Shown here piece by piece: positions 1 through 9,020 of a stretch of DNA of 64,000 nucleotides (position 1 is the first letter of the stretch; each line of letters begins with the position of its first letter). The notes beneath the pieces are model-generated. The model saw only the letters and a program-made list of their open reading frames with translations. It made no database searches and had not been told where the DNA came from. Origin of the DNA: Phycisphaerae bacterium (GTDB lineage Bacteria; Planctomycetota; Phycisphaerae; UBA1845; Fen-1342); contig JASFQK010000001.1 of assembly GCA_050115495.1 (NCBI GenBank), positions 64,001 through 128,000 of the forward strand, in the 5' to 3' direction. The translations under genes and the position numbers were made by a program.

Positions 1-264
1 GGCGGCCCGCAGCCTTACGAATAACCAGTGACTGAACATCGCAACCCTCGAGCTCCGGTCACCACGACGGGACGGACCGCATTCTAGCCGCAAACGTCGG
101 CCGCCCGGCCCAACGCCCCGCCCTGGGCGCGGCCTGTGTCCGGCACAGACGTATTCACCCGCAACGGGCGGTTATTCACGCATTCCCCCCCACGCGGGGC
201 CAATGGCCGCTTGGTCCACTCCAGGTGCCAGAACCTGCCCAGTGCGAAAGAGAATGGTGCCTGC

Positions 265-390
265 ATGTCAAGTAACACCGTGGTCATCGAGTTGCTGCAG
301 ATTCTGACGCAGCCCTGTGAGTACGTCACCCTGGGGGTCGAGGAACAGACATGTCCTCGCCTCTCAGATCGGCTGCCGGCGGGCAGCTGA
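265..390 (+). CDS. Small peptide A1 (41 aa), paralog of 1117..1197
   Basis: MSSNTVVIELLQILTQPCEYVTLGVEEQTCPRLSDRLPAGS; 12 of 18 core residues identical to the peptide at 1117; GTG at 280 is an alternative start. Confidence 0.5.
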   Translation: MSSNTVVIELLQILTQPCEYVTLGVEEQTCPRLSDRLPAGS

Positions 391-569
391 CCGCAGCATA
401 TGGTAGTTCAGGCCTACCCATCCCCATTTAGTAGTACATGCCGTCCGGCCGACGCGCAAAAACTGCGCGACCAGCGATCGCGGTTGACAAACGCTTATCA
501 CCGACCGGTAAAAGGTCGATGCCCTGGATGTGGCGCACGGATTGCGCTGGCGAAAGTCGGAGTCATGCC

Positions 570-920
570 ATGAGATCCGCCCACGCTTGGTACCTGCTCT
601 TCGCCGCCCTGCTGTTGCTGGGCGTGCTGGCGGTCCTGCTCATCGGCCTCGGTATCCTGCGCAGCCCGGCGGAGACACGTTGGATCGGCGTCGCACTCGT
701 GCCGGTGATCGGCCTGGTCGTGAAACTGCTCGGCCAGGAGTTCCAGCGCTTGGGCGAACGACGGCGTCCCCTGAGCCCCCCACAACCCCCGCCCGTCCCA
801 ACTTTCCGTTCTGACGAGCGCAATCTTTGCGCCGCGCCCGGCGCAACGCAGCGAGAAGAACCGCCCGCGCCAAGCCCGCCGCAAACAAACCTCCAGGATC
901 CTTACCCATTGCTCCAGTGA
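570..920 (+). CDS. Small two-TM membrane protein with Pro-rich tail, hypothetical
   Basis: ATG 570 in the 438..920 ORF; hydrophobic WYLLFAALLLLGVLAVLLIGLGIL and WIGVALVPVIGLVVKLL; GGAG just upstream. Confidence 0.6.
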   Translation: MRSAHAWYLLFAALLLLGVLAVLLIGLGILRSPAETRWIGVALVPVIGLVVKLLGQEFQRLGERRRPLSPPQPPPVPTFRSDERNLCAAPGATQREEPPAPSPPQTNLQDPYPLLQ

Positions 921-1116
921 CCGCGATAATCGCAAGGTTCTGCAAAATAGAGATTTACGCTCCAGATTGTGTCGCAAAGCCAGAAACGCGATACCGCGCG
1001 GAAATAATCTCTCGATTGCCTCAAGCCACACTCACACTCAACCGATGTCCAATGCCAGCCAACCGCGCCCGTACCGTTTCTTTGGTGGAGTTTTCGAGAG
1101 AAGCGGAGGCTGCAGG

Positions 1117-1197
1117 ATGTTGCCCTGGTGGTTGTGGGAACTCCTCAGAACACTGTCCCAGATGTGCGATTACGTATGCCTGGGGGTGGAGCTCTAG
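1117..1197 (+). CDS. Small peptide A2 (26 aa), paralog of 265..390
   Basis: MLPWWLWELLRTLSQMCDYVCLGVEL; GGAGG ribosome-binding site upstream of the ATG. Confidence 0.55.
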   Translation: MLPWWLWELLRTLSQMCDYVCLGVEL

Positions 1198-1199
1198 CC

Positions 1200-1316
1200 A
1201 TGGACGGCTGGCCGCTCGAAACCTGTTTCTCGCCTCGTGAGCAGCGGTGGGGCCGCTACATGGAAACCGCCATGTGGCTGGTTAGCGCAGCCTTGTTGGC
1301 AGCCCTCTTCGCCTGA
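1200..1316 (+). CDS. Small single-TM peptide (38 aa), hypothetical
   Basis: MDGWPLETCFSPREQRWGRYMETAMWLVSAALLAALFA; starts 2 nt after the A2 stop, with GGAG inside the end of A2. Confidence 0.4.
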   Translation: MDGWPLETCFSPREQRWGRYMETAMWLVSAALLAALFA

Positions 1317-1388
1317 CGCCGGCTGTCAACCGCAGAACCTTCGCGACACCGGGGACGGCGGATGACCGCCCGCTGACGGTCCTCTCGC

Positions 1389-3779
1389 TCACCCGCCGGG
1401 CGCATTCGCCCCCCGGGATCTTTCATCCCTCTTCCCGCCGGCCAGCAGCGTGCTAGACGCAGCCTCGCCGTCGGCGAGCCAGACCGGTCCGGGCCCCAAC
1501 TGCATCTGCCGCACGCGCAACGCGTTGACCAGGTACACCACACTCCCGCTCACCAGCAGCGTCCCCAGCGCCAGGAACACGTGCACCTGCCACAGCGCGA
1601 CCGACCAGCGCGCCCCCAGCGCCACCGTCACGATACCCCCGGCCAGCGCCAACAGACACACGCCCCCCAGCAACCGCCGCGGCCATGTCGGTGCCGCCGG
1701 CAGTAGCCCCACCAGCACCGCCGCCAACGCCGCCCACAGCACGATCGTCGCCCCCAGCATCTTCCACTCGATCTTTCCCTGCGACGCCCCGCCCAGCAGC
1801 GCCCGCAGCGCCTGCACGTGCACTTCACACCCGTAGACCCCCTCGCCTGCCGCTGTCCGGTAGTAGTCCATCAGCGGCAGCGTGTGCCCCACCAGCACCA
1901 CCTGCCCCGCAAACCACCGCCGCACCTGTTCATCGTCCGCGGCGAGCACTTGCTCCAGCGACAGTCGGCGCGTCGCCTCCGGCGGTCCCGGGTCGATCCG
2001 CACGTGCATCCGGTACACGACGTCACCCGCCCGCAACATGCCGTCGCCCGAATTCCGGCCGATCCGGTCGACCTCCCATACGGGAATGCGGTCGGTGCCC
2101 GTGTGCCAGCGCTGTTCGCCCCGGGCCACCTGCCGCTTCCGGTAGCTGAGCATGACCTCCCCCGGCTCCACGTTCAGTTGCAGCGCCGCGTCCGGATAGC
2201 GGGCCGCCGCGAAACCGGCCACGGCCAGCCCCGGGACCGGTGGAGCCAATCCGCGCGACACGCACACCGGCACGATCCACTCGTGGCCGCGCTCGTCCGG
2301 ATCCGCGGACAGCAGCGTCCCCCAGCTATGCACGCGCGAGCGAATCTCCGCGCACATCACCGGCTCGCTGTTCAGATCAATCTCACGCGTCCCCATCACC
2401 ACCGGCACACCGCTGTTCCGCAACGCATCCAGACCGCGCAACAACTCCGCGTCGTAATCCGGCTTGCACTGCGGCAGGAAGTAGTCGCAGATGACCACCT
2501 GCGGCTGCACCGTGGCCAGCCGCTGCAAGAGCAGGCCGAGCACCACTCGCCACGTGCCCGAGTCCCTCGCCTTCATCCCCGCCGCCTGCTCGATCTCCCC
2601 GCGCGCCAGCGTCTCGATCGTCCCCGGCGTGAACGCCACCAGCGAGATCGGCGGCACGTCCACCGCCGCCCCGAACCAGCGCGCCTCTGCCCGCCAGGCC
2701 AGCACCGTCAGCAGCACGGACACGACCATCACCAGGAAGACGCGCACCGCCAGCGGCCGCGTGCGCAGCACGTACGACGCCGACCGCGCCAGTTGATAGC
2801 CGAGCGTCGGATTGCGATATGCGCGAATGACCCGCCCGGCGAGGTAATGGTCGAGATCGTCGATGAGCTCGGCGCAGTTGGCGTAACGCTGCTCGGGCAA
2901 GGGGGCCACGCAACGGCTGATGATCGCCGCCAGATCCTCGGCCCGGGCCACACCACGAGCCTGCAGCGTCCGCAGCAGCCGGTCCGGCCACGTGGCCAGC
3001 CGGGCCGCCTCCCCGGTCACGCAGTGGTACAGCAGCGCCCCCAGGGCGTAGACATCCGCCCGCCCGTCCACGTTCTCACCTGCCATCTGCTCCGGCGCGA
3101 TGTAGCCCAGCGTGCCCAGCGCCCCCTCAGACACCGGCATCGGCGTGCGCTGCGCGTCGTCACGCAGCTTCAGCCGAGTGGCGATGCCGAAATCGAGAAT
3201 GTGCGGCTCGCCATCCGCATCAATGAGAATGTTCTGCGGCTTGATGTCGCGGTGCACGACGCCCTGGGCATGGGCGTAGCCCACGGCGGCGGCCACCGTC
3301 TTGATCAGCTCTATGCGCTTCGCCAGCGACAAATGCCGCCGGCGGATGTGCTGGTCCAGTTGCTCGCCGGCCACGAAGTCCATCGTGTAGTACAGCGGCG
3401 GCTTGCCCAGATGGGCCTCGTACAGCGTGGCGATGTTCGGGTGCCGCAGCCGGGCGATCAGGTGCACCTCGTTCTGGAAGTAGCGGGCCCGCACCGGCGT
3501 CTTGCCGAAGAGAATCTTCAGCGCCTCGGTCCGCTGCTTGGCATGGTGCACGACCTTGTAAACCACCCCGAACCCCCCCTCACCGATCCGCTCCACCACC
3601 GTGTAGTGGGGCAGACGCGGCAGCCGACCGAGCGTCGCCTCGCGATAGCGCCGCCGGCAGGCGTCACACGTCTCAAGGTGCTCCTGGGCCTCCTCGTGCT
3701 CGCGGCCCGCCAGGGTCCCGTGCACCAGGCTGTCGGTCACCGCGTCCCGCGGGCAGCGCTGGCCCAACCGTTCCATCAT
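1389..3779 (-). CDS. Membrane Ser/Thr protein kinase with N-terminal zf-HC2-like motif and C-terminal CHASE2-like sensor domain
   Basis: HLETCDACR; kinase motifs IGEGGFGVVY, ALK, HRDIKPQN, DFG, GTLGYIAPE; TM; CHASE2-like VVICDYFL...DAELL and GQVVLVG...YGCEVH; three C-terminal TMs. Confidence 0.85.
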   Translation of the reverse strand: MMERLGQRCPRDAVTDSLVHGTLAGREHEEAQEHLETCDACRRRYREATLGRLPRLPHYTVVERIGEGGFGVVYKVVHHAKQRTEALKILFGKTPVRARYFQNEVHLIARLRHPNIATLYEAHLGKPPLYYTMDFVAGEQLDQHIRRRHLSLAKRIELIKTVAAAVGYAHAQGVVHRDIKPQNILIDADGEPHILDFGIATRLKLRDDAQRTPMPVSEGALGTLGYIAPEQMAGENVDGRADVYALGALLYHCVTGEAARLATWPDRLLRTLQARGVARAEDLAAIISRCVAPLPEQRYANCAELIDDLDHYLAGRVIRAYRNPTLGYQLARSASYVLRTRPLAVRVFLVMVVSVLLTVLAWRAEARWFGAAVDVPPISLVAFTPGTIETLARGEIEQAAGMKARDSGTWRVVLGLLLQRLATVQPQVVICDYFLPQCKPDYDAELLRGLDALRNSGVPVVMGTREIDLNSEPVMCAEIRSRVHSWGTLLSADPDERGHEWIVPVCVSRGLAPPVPGLAVAGFAAARYPDAALQLNVEPGEVMLSYRKRQVARGEQRWHTGTDRIPVWEVDRIGRNSGDGMLRAGDVVYRMHVRIDPGPPEATRRLSLEQVLAADDEQVRRWFAGQVVLVGHTLPLMDYYRTAAGEGVYGCEVHVQALRALLGGASQGKIEWKMLGATIVLWAALAAVLVGLLPAAPTWPRRLLGGVCLLALAGGIVTVALGARWSVALWQVHVFLALGTLLVSGSVVYLVNALRVRQMQLGPGPVWLADGEAASSTLLAGGKRDERSRGANAPGG

Positions 3780-4051
3780 CACGCACTCTGACGATGAAGG
3801 CCGCCGCCGGCGTCCGCGCCGCGCGGCCGGACTCGCAACAACCATTCTAGACCCCCGCCCCAACCTTTGCACGCCCGCCACCGCCGCGCGCATCTTCTCT
3901 TGAAATCGCCGCCGGCGATTCGGTACAATCGCCGCATGGCGCGAGAATCGCGCTGAGAGCCACCTCTTTCGGGTCTTTGGCCTACCGCAAGCAGCGATCA
4001 TTCCGGCATCGCTTGCGAGTGACCTGCCCATCCCCAAGTCAGGAACACAGA

Positions 4052-5173
4052 ATGTCTGCGCCCAGCCCCCGCACGTGCGCCTCCTGCTTCGTCTCCGATA
4101 AGTTCCCCGCGGCCGCTGTCACCGACGACGGCCGCTGCTCACTGTGCCACAGCGACACCGCCCCCATCAACCAGCGCGGCCGGACGACCTCGAACCTCGC
4201 CGAGCTCCGGCGCATCGCCGACGACCTCAAGGCCCAACGCCCCGGCGGACCCCATTGCCTCGTCGGCGCCTCCGGCGGCCTCGACAGCTCCTACCTCGTC
4301 TACATCGCCCGCCGGGTGCTCGGCCTCACACCGCTCGTGCTCCACTACGACCACGGCTTCAACAACGAGGTCTCCCAGGAGAACCTGAGGCGCATGTGCC
4401 GTGCACTGGACCTCGAACTGCGCATCGTCCGCAGCCCGAAATCCAGAGACCGCAAGTACGTCCGCTCGACCGTGCGCGCCCTTCGCAAGGTCGGGCTCTA
4501 CTGGGGCGTGTGCAGCTTCTGCCAGTTCATCGTCCCGGCCGTCATCATCAAGTGCGCCCGCGAAGAGAACGTCCCGGTCATCCTGACGTCCTCCAATGGG
4601 TACGAAGGACGCCTCCGTCTGACGAGGCGCTTCAAGATGGGCGCCATGCTGCGCGGCGTGCGCAGGGCCGGCCTCGCCAACCTGCCCGCCACGGCCCTGC
4701 ACCTGCTCATCGCCCAGTACCACCTGCTGCGGCTCAAGCTGGAGTTCTACACACCCCCGCTGAGCAACCTGTACGACGGCCACCCCAGGGTCCCCACCGA
4801 CAAGATGCTCAACTTCACCAAGTACGTCCCGTGGGACATCGACACCATGGTGGAGACCCTGCAGCGCGAAGTGGGCTGGCAGCCGCCGGCGGCCTCGGCA
4901 GCGCTGCCCATGCGCTTCGACTGCAAGATCGAGGAAGGCCTGCTGAACTCCACCTTTCAACAGGCGACCGGCACGACCGTCCACGGCATCATCTGCAACA
5001 ACATGATCTACGATGGCGTCCGGACCAAGGACGAGCTGCGGGGCGTGGTCGAACACTACGAGGAGATCATCGAGCCGCGGTTGAACGAAACGATGCAGCA
5101 GCTTGGGCTGAAGCCGAGCCAGCCCGCCCCCGCAGCAGACAACCGCTCGCCCCGGATTTCCCCAACCGCCTGA
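4052..5173 (+). CDS. PP-loop ATP pyrophosphatase, N-acetyl sugar amidotransferase (WbpG/PseA)-like
   Basis: N-terminal CxxC...CxxC (CASC, CSLC), CLVGASGGLDSSY PP-loop, YDHGF, later CSFC. Confidence 0.7.
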   Translation: MSAPSPRTCASCFVSDKFPAAAVTDDGRCSLCHSDTAPINQRGRTTSNLAELRRIADDLKAQRPGGPHCLVGASGGLDSSYLVYIARRVLGLTPLVLHYDHGFNNEVSQENLRRMCRALDLELRIVRSPKSRDRKYVRSTVRALRKVGLYWGVCSFCQFIVPAVIIKCAREENVPVILTSSNGYEGRLRLTRRFKMGAMLRGVRRAGLANLPATALHLLIAQYHLLRLKLEFYTPPLSNLYDGHPRVPTDKMLNFTKYVPWDIDTMVETLQREVGWQPPAASAALPMRFDCKIEEGLLNSTFQQATGTTVHGIICNNMIYDGVRTKDELRGVVEHYEEIIEPRLNETMQQLGLKPSQPAPAADNRSPRISPTA

Positions 5174-5197
5174 TGCGCGGGCCCACCATGCGTCGCG

Positions 5198-5617
5198 TCA
5201 CGGCCGCGCCGACAGCTCCGCCTCGTCGGACGCCGGCTCGTCCATCGGCAGTTCCCCCAGCACGGGCACGTCCGCCTGTTCACTCTCTGCCTCTGCCGCG
5301 GCTCCGTTGCGCTGCGCCCGCCGGGCCCGCACGCGCCACTGCCGCTGGTAGATCAGCATCAGGTTGCGCACGTAGATCGCCACGCCCAGAAGCTGCCCGG
5401 CCATGAACACAACGTCCTCGCGAATCGTCGCATAGACGAACAGCATCAACCCGCCCAGCAGGCTCAACCACCAGAAGGCCACCGGCACGTGGCTGCGCCC
5501 CCGCTGCTCTGACACGAACCACTGCACGACAAAGCGCATCATGAACACGGCCTGCGCGGCGAAGCCGAACAGGGCCAGCGGATTGAAAAAGTCGTCCAGC
5601 GAAAATGCCGCCAGCAT
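5198..5617 (-). CDS. Lipid A biosynthesis N-terminal (LAB_N) domain membrane protein
   Basis: GFAAQAVFMMRFVVQWFVSE...SHVPVAFWWLSLLGG...VFMAGQ...IYVRNL. Confidence 0.85.
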   Translation of the reverse strand: MLAAFSLDDFFNPLALFGFAAQAVFMMRFVVQWFVSEQRGRSHVPVAFWWLSLLGGLMLFVYATIREDVVFMAGQLLGVAIYVRNLMLIYQRQWRVRARRAQRNGAAAEAESEQADVPVLGELPMDEPASDEAELSARP

Positions 5618-5638
5618 GTGCGCCCTGCGAGCAGGAGC

Positions 5639-6463
5639 CTACTTGTTGCAGTAGTCGATGATCCGCGCAATCTCGCTGCGCAGATCCTTGCGGTGCACGA
5701 TCCGATCCACGAAGCCGCGCTCCAGCATGAACTCGGCCGTCTGGAACCCTTCCGGCAGCGTCGCCTTGATCGTGTTGGCGATCACCCGCGGGCCGGCGAA
5801 ACCGATCAATGCCCCCGGCTCCGCCAGCGTCACGTCGCCCAGAAAAGCGAAGCTCGCCGCCACGCCCGCCGTCGTCGGGTCGGCCATCACCACGATGTAC
5901 AGCCCGCCGGCCTCGTCCAGCCGGGCCACCGCCGCCGCCGTCTTGGCCATCTGCACCAGCGAGATCATGCCCTCCATCATCCGGGCCCCGCCGCTGCACG
6001 TGACCATCACCAGCGGCAGCTCCTCCTCGACGGCCCGCTCGGCCGCCGCCGCCACCTTCTCCCCCACCACGGCGCCCATCGAGCCCATGATGAAGTCCGG
6101 ATTCATCACGCCCATGATCACCGGGCGACCCTTGATGAACCCCTTGCCCACGATGATCGCTTCCGGCTCCCCCGACTCCTTCTTCACCTGCGCCAGCCGC
6201 TCCTTGTAGCCCAGGCGATCCTTGAACTTCAGCGGGTCCGTCGACTCCAGGTTCGGCAGAAACTCCTCGAACGTCCCCGGATCGTTGAGCTGCGCAATAC
6301 GCGTCCGCGCGTCCACCCGGTAGTGGTACCCGCAATCCGGACAGACGTGGAGCTGCTCCTCCAGAATCCGGCGGTAAATCATGTTGCCGCAGCGCTTGCA
6401 GCGGATCCACAGCCCCTCGGGGACGTCAACGTTGCGGCGCGGCTGGATCGAATTGTCCGGCAT
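5639..6463 (-). CDS. accD: Acetyl-CoA carboxylase carboxyltransferase beta subunit
   Basis: VPEGLWIRCKRC zinc ribbon, DPLKFKD, FIMGSMG, SGGARMMEG, FAGPRVI, FQTAEF. Confidence 0.96.
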   Translation of the reverse strand: MPDNSIQPRRNVDVPEGLWIRCKRCGNMIYRRILEEQLHVCPDCGYHYRVDARTRIAQLNDPGTFEEFLPNLESTDPLKFKDRLGYKERLAQVKKESGEPEAIIVGKGFIKGRPVIMGVMNPDFIMGSMGAVVGEKVAAAAERAVEEELPLVMVTCSGGARMMEGMISLVQMAKTAAAVARLDEAGGLYIVVMADPTTAGVAASFAFLGDVTLAEPGALIGFAGPRVIANTIKATLPEGFQTAEFMLERGFVDRIVHRKDLRSEIARIIDYCNK

Positions 6464-6471
6464 GCGTACTC

Positions 6472-7071
6472 CTACGACGGCCGGGCCGGCCGCTTCTTCT
6501 TCGTCCCCGCGAGCGCTTCCCCCGCGTCGAGCACGACCGGCTCCCGCCTCTGCTTCGCCGTCTCCCACAGCGCCGACGGTGCCCGCCCCTCCAGCGCACA
6601 CTGCGCCATGGCGAACGACACCGGCCGTAGCACCAGCCCCACCACCGCCTCGCCGTTTCGCTTCGCCTGCTTGCGCAGAAATGCCTTCAACCGCTCGTCC
6701 GCCTCCCCCAGATTCTCGCCCCCCGGCGGGCTCACGTTCAGCGGCGCCTCGCACAGCTCCCGGTGCGCCGAGGCATACCGCGACTTCAAATCGTCTTCTG
6801 TAAGCCCCGTCCACAACCCGACGTCTACCTCCGCCAGCCCATCCGCCGACCGCGTTGGCACGACCAGCTTCCGCCCGAGCTGCCGGGCCGTCCGCGTCGC
6901 CAGCTCATCCGGCGCGTGGTAGATCTCTTTCAGACCCAGGCCAGCGAGCGTGGTCGCCCACTGGGTGGTCTCCTGCTCCAGGGCGGGACCAGCCGATAAC
7001 TCGACCCGGCCCATCAGCCGCCCCTTCTCCACCCATTCGGTCGCGGCGCAGGGTATCAGCACGACCTTCAT
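6472..7071 (-). CDS. Histidine phosphatase (phosphoglycerate mutase) superfamily protein, catalytic motif degenerate
   Basis: LAEVDVGLWTGL and PPGGENL match the fold; the N-terminal RHG motif is replaced by PCA. Confidence 0.7.
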   Translation of the reverse strand: MKVVLIPCAATEWVEKGRLMGRVELSAGPALEQETTQWATTLAGLGLKEIYHAPDELATRTARQLGRKLVVPTRSADGLAEVDVGLWTGLTEDDLKSRYASAHRELCEAPLNVSPPGGENLGEADERLKAFLRKQAKRNGEAVVGLVLRPVSFAMAQCALEGRAPSALWETAKQRREPVVLDAGEALAGTKKKRPARPS

Positions 7072-7760
7072 GCCCGCCGCTCCACCCCCGTCGCCAGCGC
7101 CGTCATCCCCGCGTGGCGCAACGCCACCACCGCCGCTCCGGGATCCTTCTGACCGAAGACCGCCGAGCCGGCCACCAGCGTATCGGCGCCCGCGGCCACC
7201 ACTTCCGCCGCCGTCTCCACGTCAATCCCGCCGTCCACCTGCAGCCACTGGTCCGCACGCATCCGCTGGGCGATCGAGTAGATCTTCGACAGACACTCCC
7301 GCATGAACTTCTGCCCGCCGAAGCCCGGCCAGACGCTCATCACCAACACCAGGTCCACCTGCTCCAGCCACTCAGAAACCGCCTCGGCCGGTGTGCCCGG
7401 GTTGAGCGAGATACCCACCTTCGCGCCCAGCGCCCGAACCTGCTCGATCAACGCCGCTGGATCCTTCGTCGCCTCGACGTGAAACGTGATGAGCCCGGCC
7501 CCGGCCTCGACAAACGCCGGCGCATACCGCGCGGGATCGTCGATCATCAGGTGTGCATCGAGCAGCAGATCCGTGTGCTGCGAGATGCTCGCCACCACCG
7601 GCACGCCGAACGACAGGTTCGGCACGAAATGCCCATCCATCACGTCCAGGTGCAGCATGTCCGCCCCACCCGCCTTGACCGCTGCAATCTGCTCGGCCAG
7701 CCGTCCGAAGTCGGCGGCCAGCACCGACGGTGCCACCCGGATTGTCCGCGTACTGCTCAT
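7068..7760 (-). CDS. rpe: Ribulose-phosphate 3-epimerase
   Basis: APSVLAADF, HLDVMDGHFVPNLSFG, DAHLM, MSVWPGFGGQ, QVDGG. Confidence 0.97.
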   Translation of the reverse strand: MSSTRTIRVAPSVLAADFGRLAEQIAAVKAGGADMLHLDVMDGHFVPNLSFGVPVVASISQHTDLLLDAHLMIDDPARYAPAFVEAGAGLITFHVEATKDPAALIEQVRALGAKVGISLNPGTPAEAVSEWLEQVDLVLVMSVWPGFGGQKFMRECLSKIYSIAQRMRADQWLQVDGGIDVETAAEVVAAGADTLVAGSAVFGQKDPGAAVVALRHAGMTALATGVERRA

Positions 7761-7769
7761 ACCCTCGTC

Positions 7770-9020
7770 CTACGCGTTGTCCAGCACTTCCAGTGACTCG
7801 AAGCGCTTGCCCTCCAGAAACTCCAGCGAGGCACCGCCGCCCGTGCTGATGTGCGTCATCCGCTCGGCCAGGCCGGCCTGCTCGACCGCCGCCGCCGAGT
7901 CACCGCCGCCGATCACGGTCACCGCCCCGCGGTCCGTCGCCTCGGCGATCGTGTGGGCCAGGGCGTACGTCCCCGTCTCGAACGGCCGCGTCTCGAACGC
8001 GCCCAGCGGTCCGTTCCAGACCACCGTCCGGGCCGTGCTCAGCCGCGCCCGGAACTCCTTGAACGTCTTCGGACCGATATCCAGACCCATCAGGTCGTCT
8101 GGCAGGTCACCGTCGAGGATCTTCGTGGCGACGCCCGGCGCCAACTCCGCCGCCGCCACCGAGTCCGTCGGCAGGACGATCTTGTCGCCGCCCTCTTCGA
8201 GCAGACTGCGGGCCAGGTCCAGCTTGTCGCGCTCACAAAGGCTCTTGCCGACCGCCTTGCCCTGCGCCGCCCAGAACGTGTACGTCATCGCTCCGCCGAT
8301 CAGAATGCAATCCACTCGCTGCAGTAAGTTCTTGATAACGTTGATCTTATCGCTGACCTTCGCCCCGCCCAGGATAGCCACGAAAGGGTGCTTGGGCGCC
8401 TGGAGCGCCTCGCCCAGGAACCGCAGCTCCTTCTCCACCAGGAAGCCGACCGCCCGGCCGCCCGCCAGCAGCAGCCGCGGCACGTCGTACATGCTGACGT
8501 GCTTGCGGTGGCAGGTGCCGAAGGCGTCATTGACGTACATCTCGCCATGGGCCGCCAGGGCCGTAGCGAAGGCCGACCGCTGGGCCTCCTGCTGAGGCGT
8601 GAGCTTCTTGTCCGGGTTCTTCTTCGCCTTGTCGATGACGTTCTCGCCCTTGTGGAACCGGAGGTTCTCCAGCAGGAGCACCTCCCCGTCCCGCAAGGCC
8701 CCGACCGCCTCGGCGATCTCCGGCCCGATGCAGTCCGTAGTGAAGCGGACCTCACGCCCGAGCAGCTCCGTCAGCCGGGTCGCCACCGGCCGCAGGGAGA
8801 ACTGGGCATCCGCCACCGGATCCCCCTTCGGCCGGCCCAGGTGGCTCATGACGATGGCCCGCCCGCCGGCGTCGACCACGTGTTGCAGCGTCGGCAGGAA
8901 CATCCGGATCCGCCGATCGTCCGTGATCTGCTGCCCGTCATCCAGGGGGACGTTCAGGTCCGCGCGGATCAGCACCCGCCGACCGCGCACCTCGAGCTCG
9001 CGCACCGTCTTTTTCGCCAT
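7770..9020 (-). CDS. pgk: Phosphoglycerate kinase
   Basis: RADLNVP, SHLGRP, LLENLRF, NDAFGTCHR, GGAKVSDK, GGGDS, HISTGGGASLEFLEG. Confidence 0.98.
   Translation of the reverse strand: MAKKTVRELEVRGRRVLIRADLNVPLDDGQQITDDRRIRMFLPTLQHVVDAGGRAIVMSHLGRPKGDPVADAQFSLRPVATRLTELLGREVRFTTDCIGPEIAEAVGALRDGEVLLLENLRFHKGENVIDKAKKNPDKKLTPQQEAQRSAFATALAAHGEMYVNDAFGTCHRKHVSMYDVPRLLLAGGRAVGFLVEKELRFLGEALQAPKHPFVAILGGAKVSDKINVIKNLLQRVDCILIGGAMTYTFWAAQGKAVGKSLCERDKLDLARSLLEEGGDKIVLPTDSVAAAELAPGVATKILDGDLPDDLMGLDIGPKTFKEFRARLSTARTVVWNGPLGAFETRPFETGTYALAHTIAEATDRGAVTVIGGGDSAAAVEQAGLAERMTHISTGGGASLEFLEGKRFESLEVLDNA

Noticed and set aside
1..39. Possible start of a minus-strand gene (MFSHWLFVRLRAA)
   Set aside because: Only 13 codons lie in the window, so it cannot be supported.
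1117..1197. Trp-rich start (WWLW) of peptide A2 as a trp attenuator leader
   Set aside because: No trp genes follow, no terminator is evident, and the conserved part is the downstream core shared with A1, which has no Trp.
1818..3791. Long antisense or alternative-frame ORFs (also 13188..15332, 23228..25324, 43761..46244, 57122..58585)
   Set aside because: They are shadows of real genes in high-GC DNA, with Arg/Pro/Ala-rich or motif-free translations.
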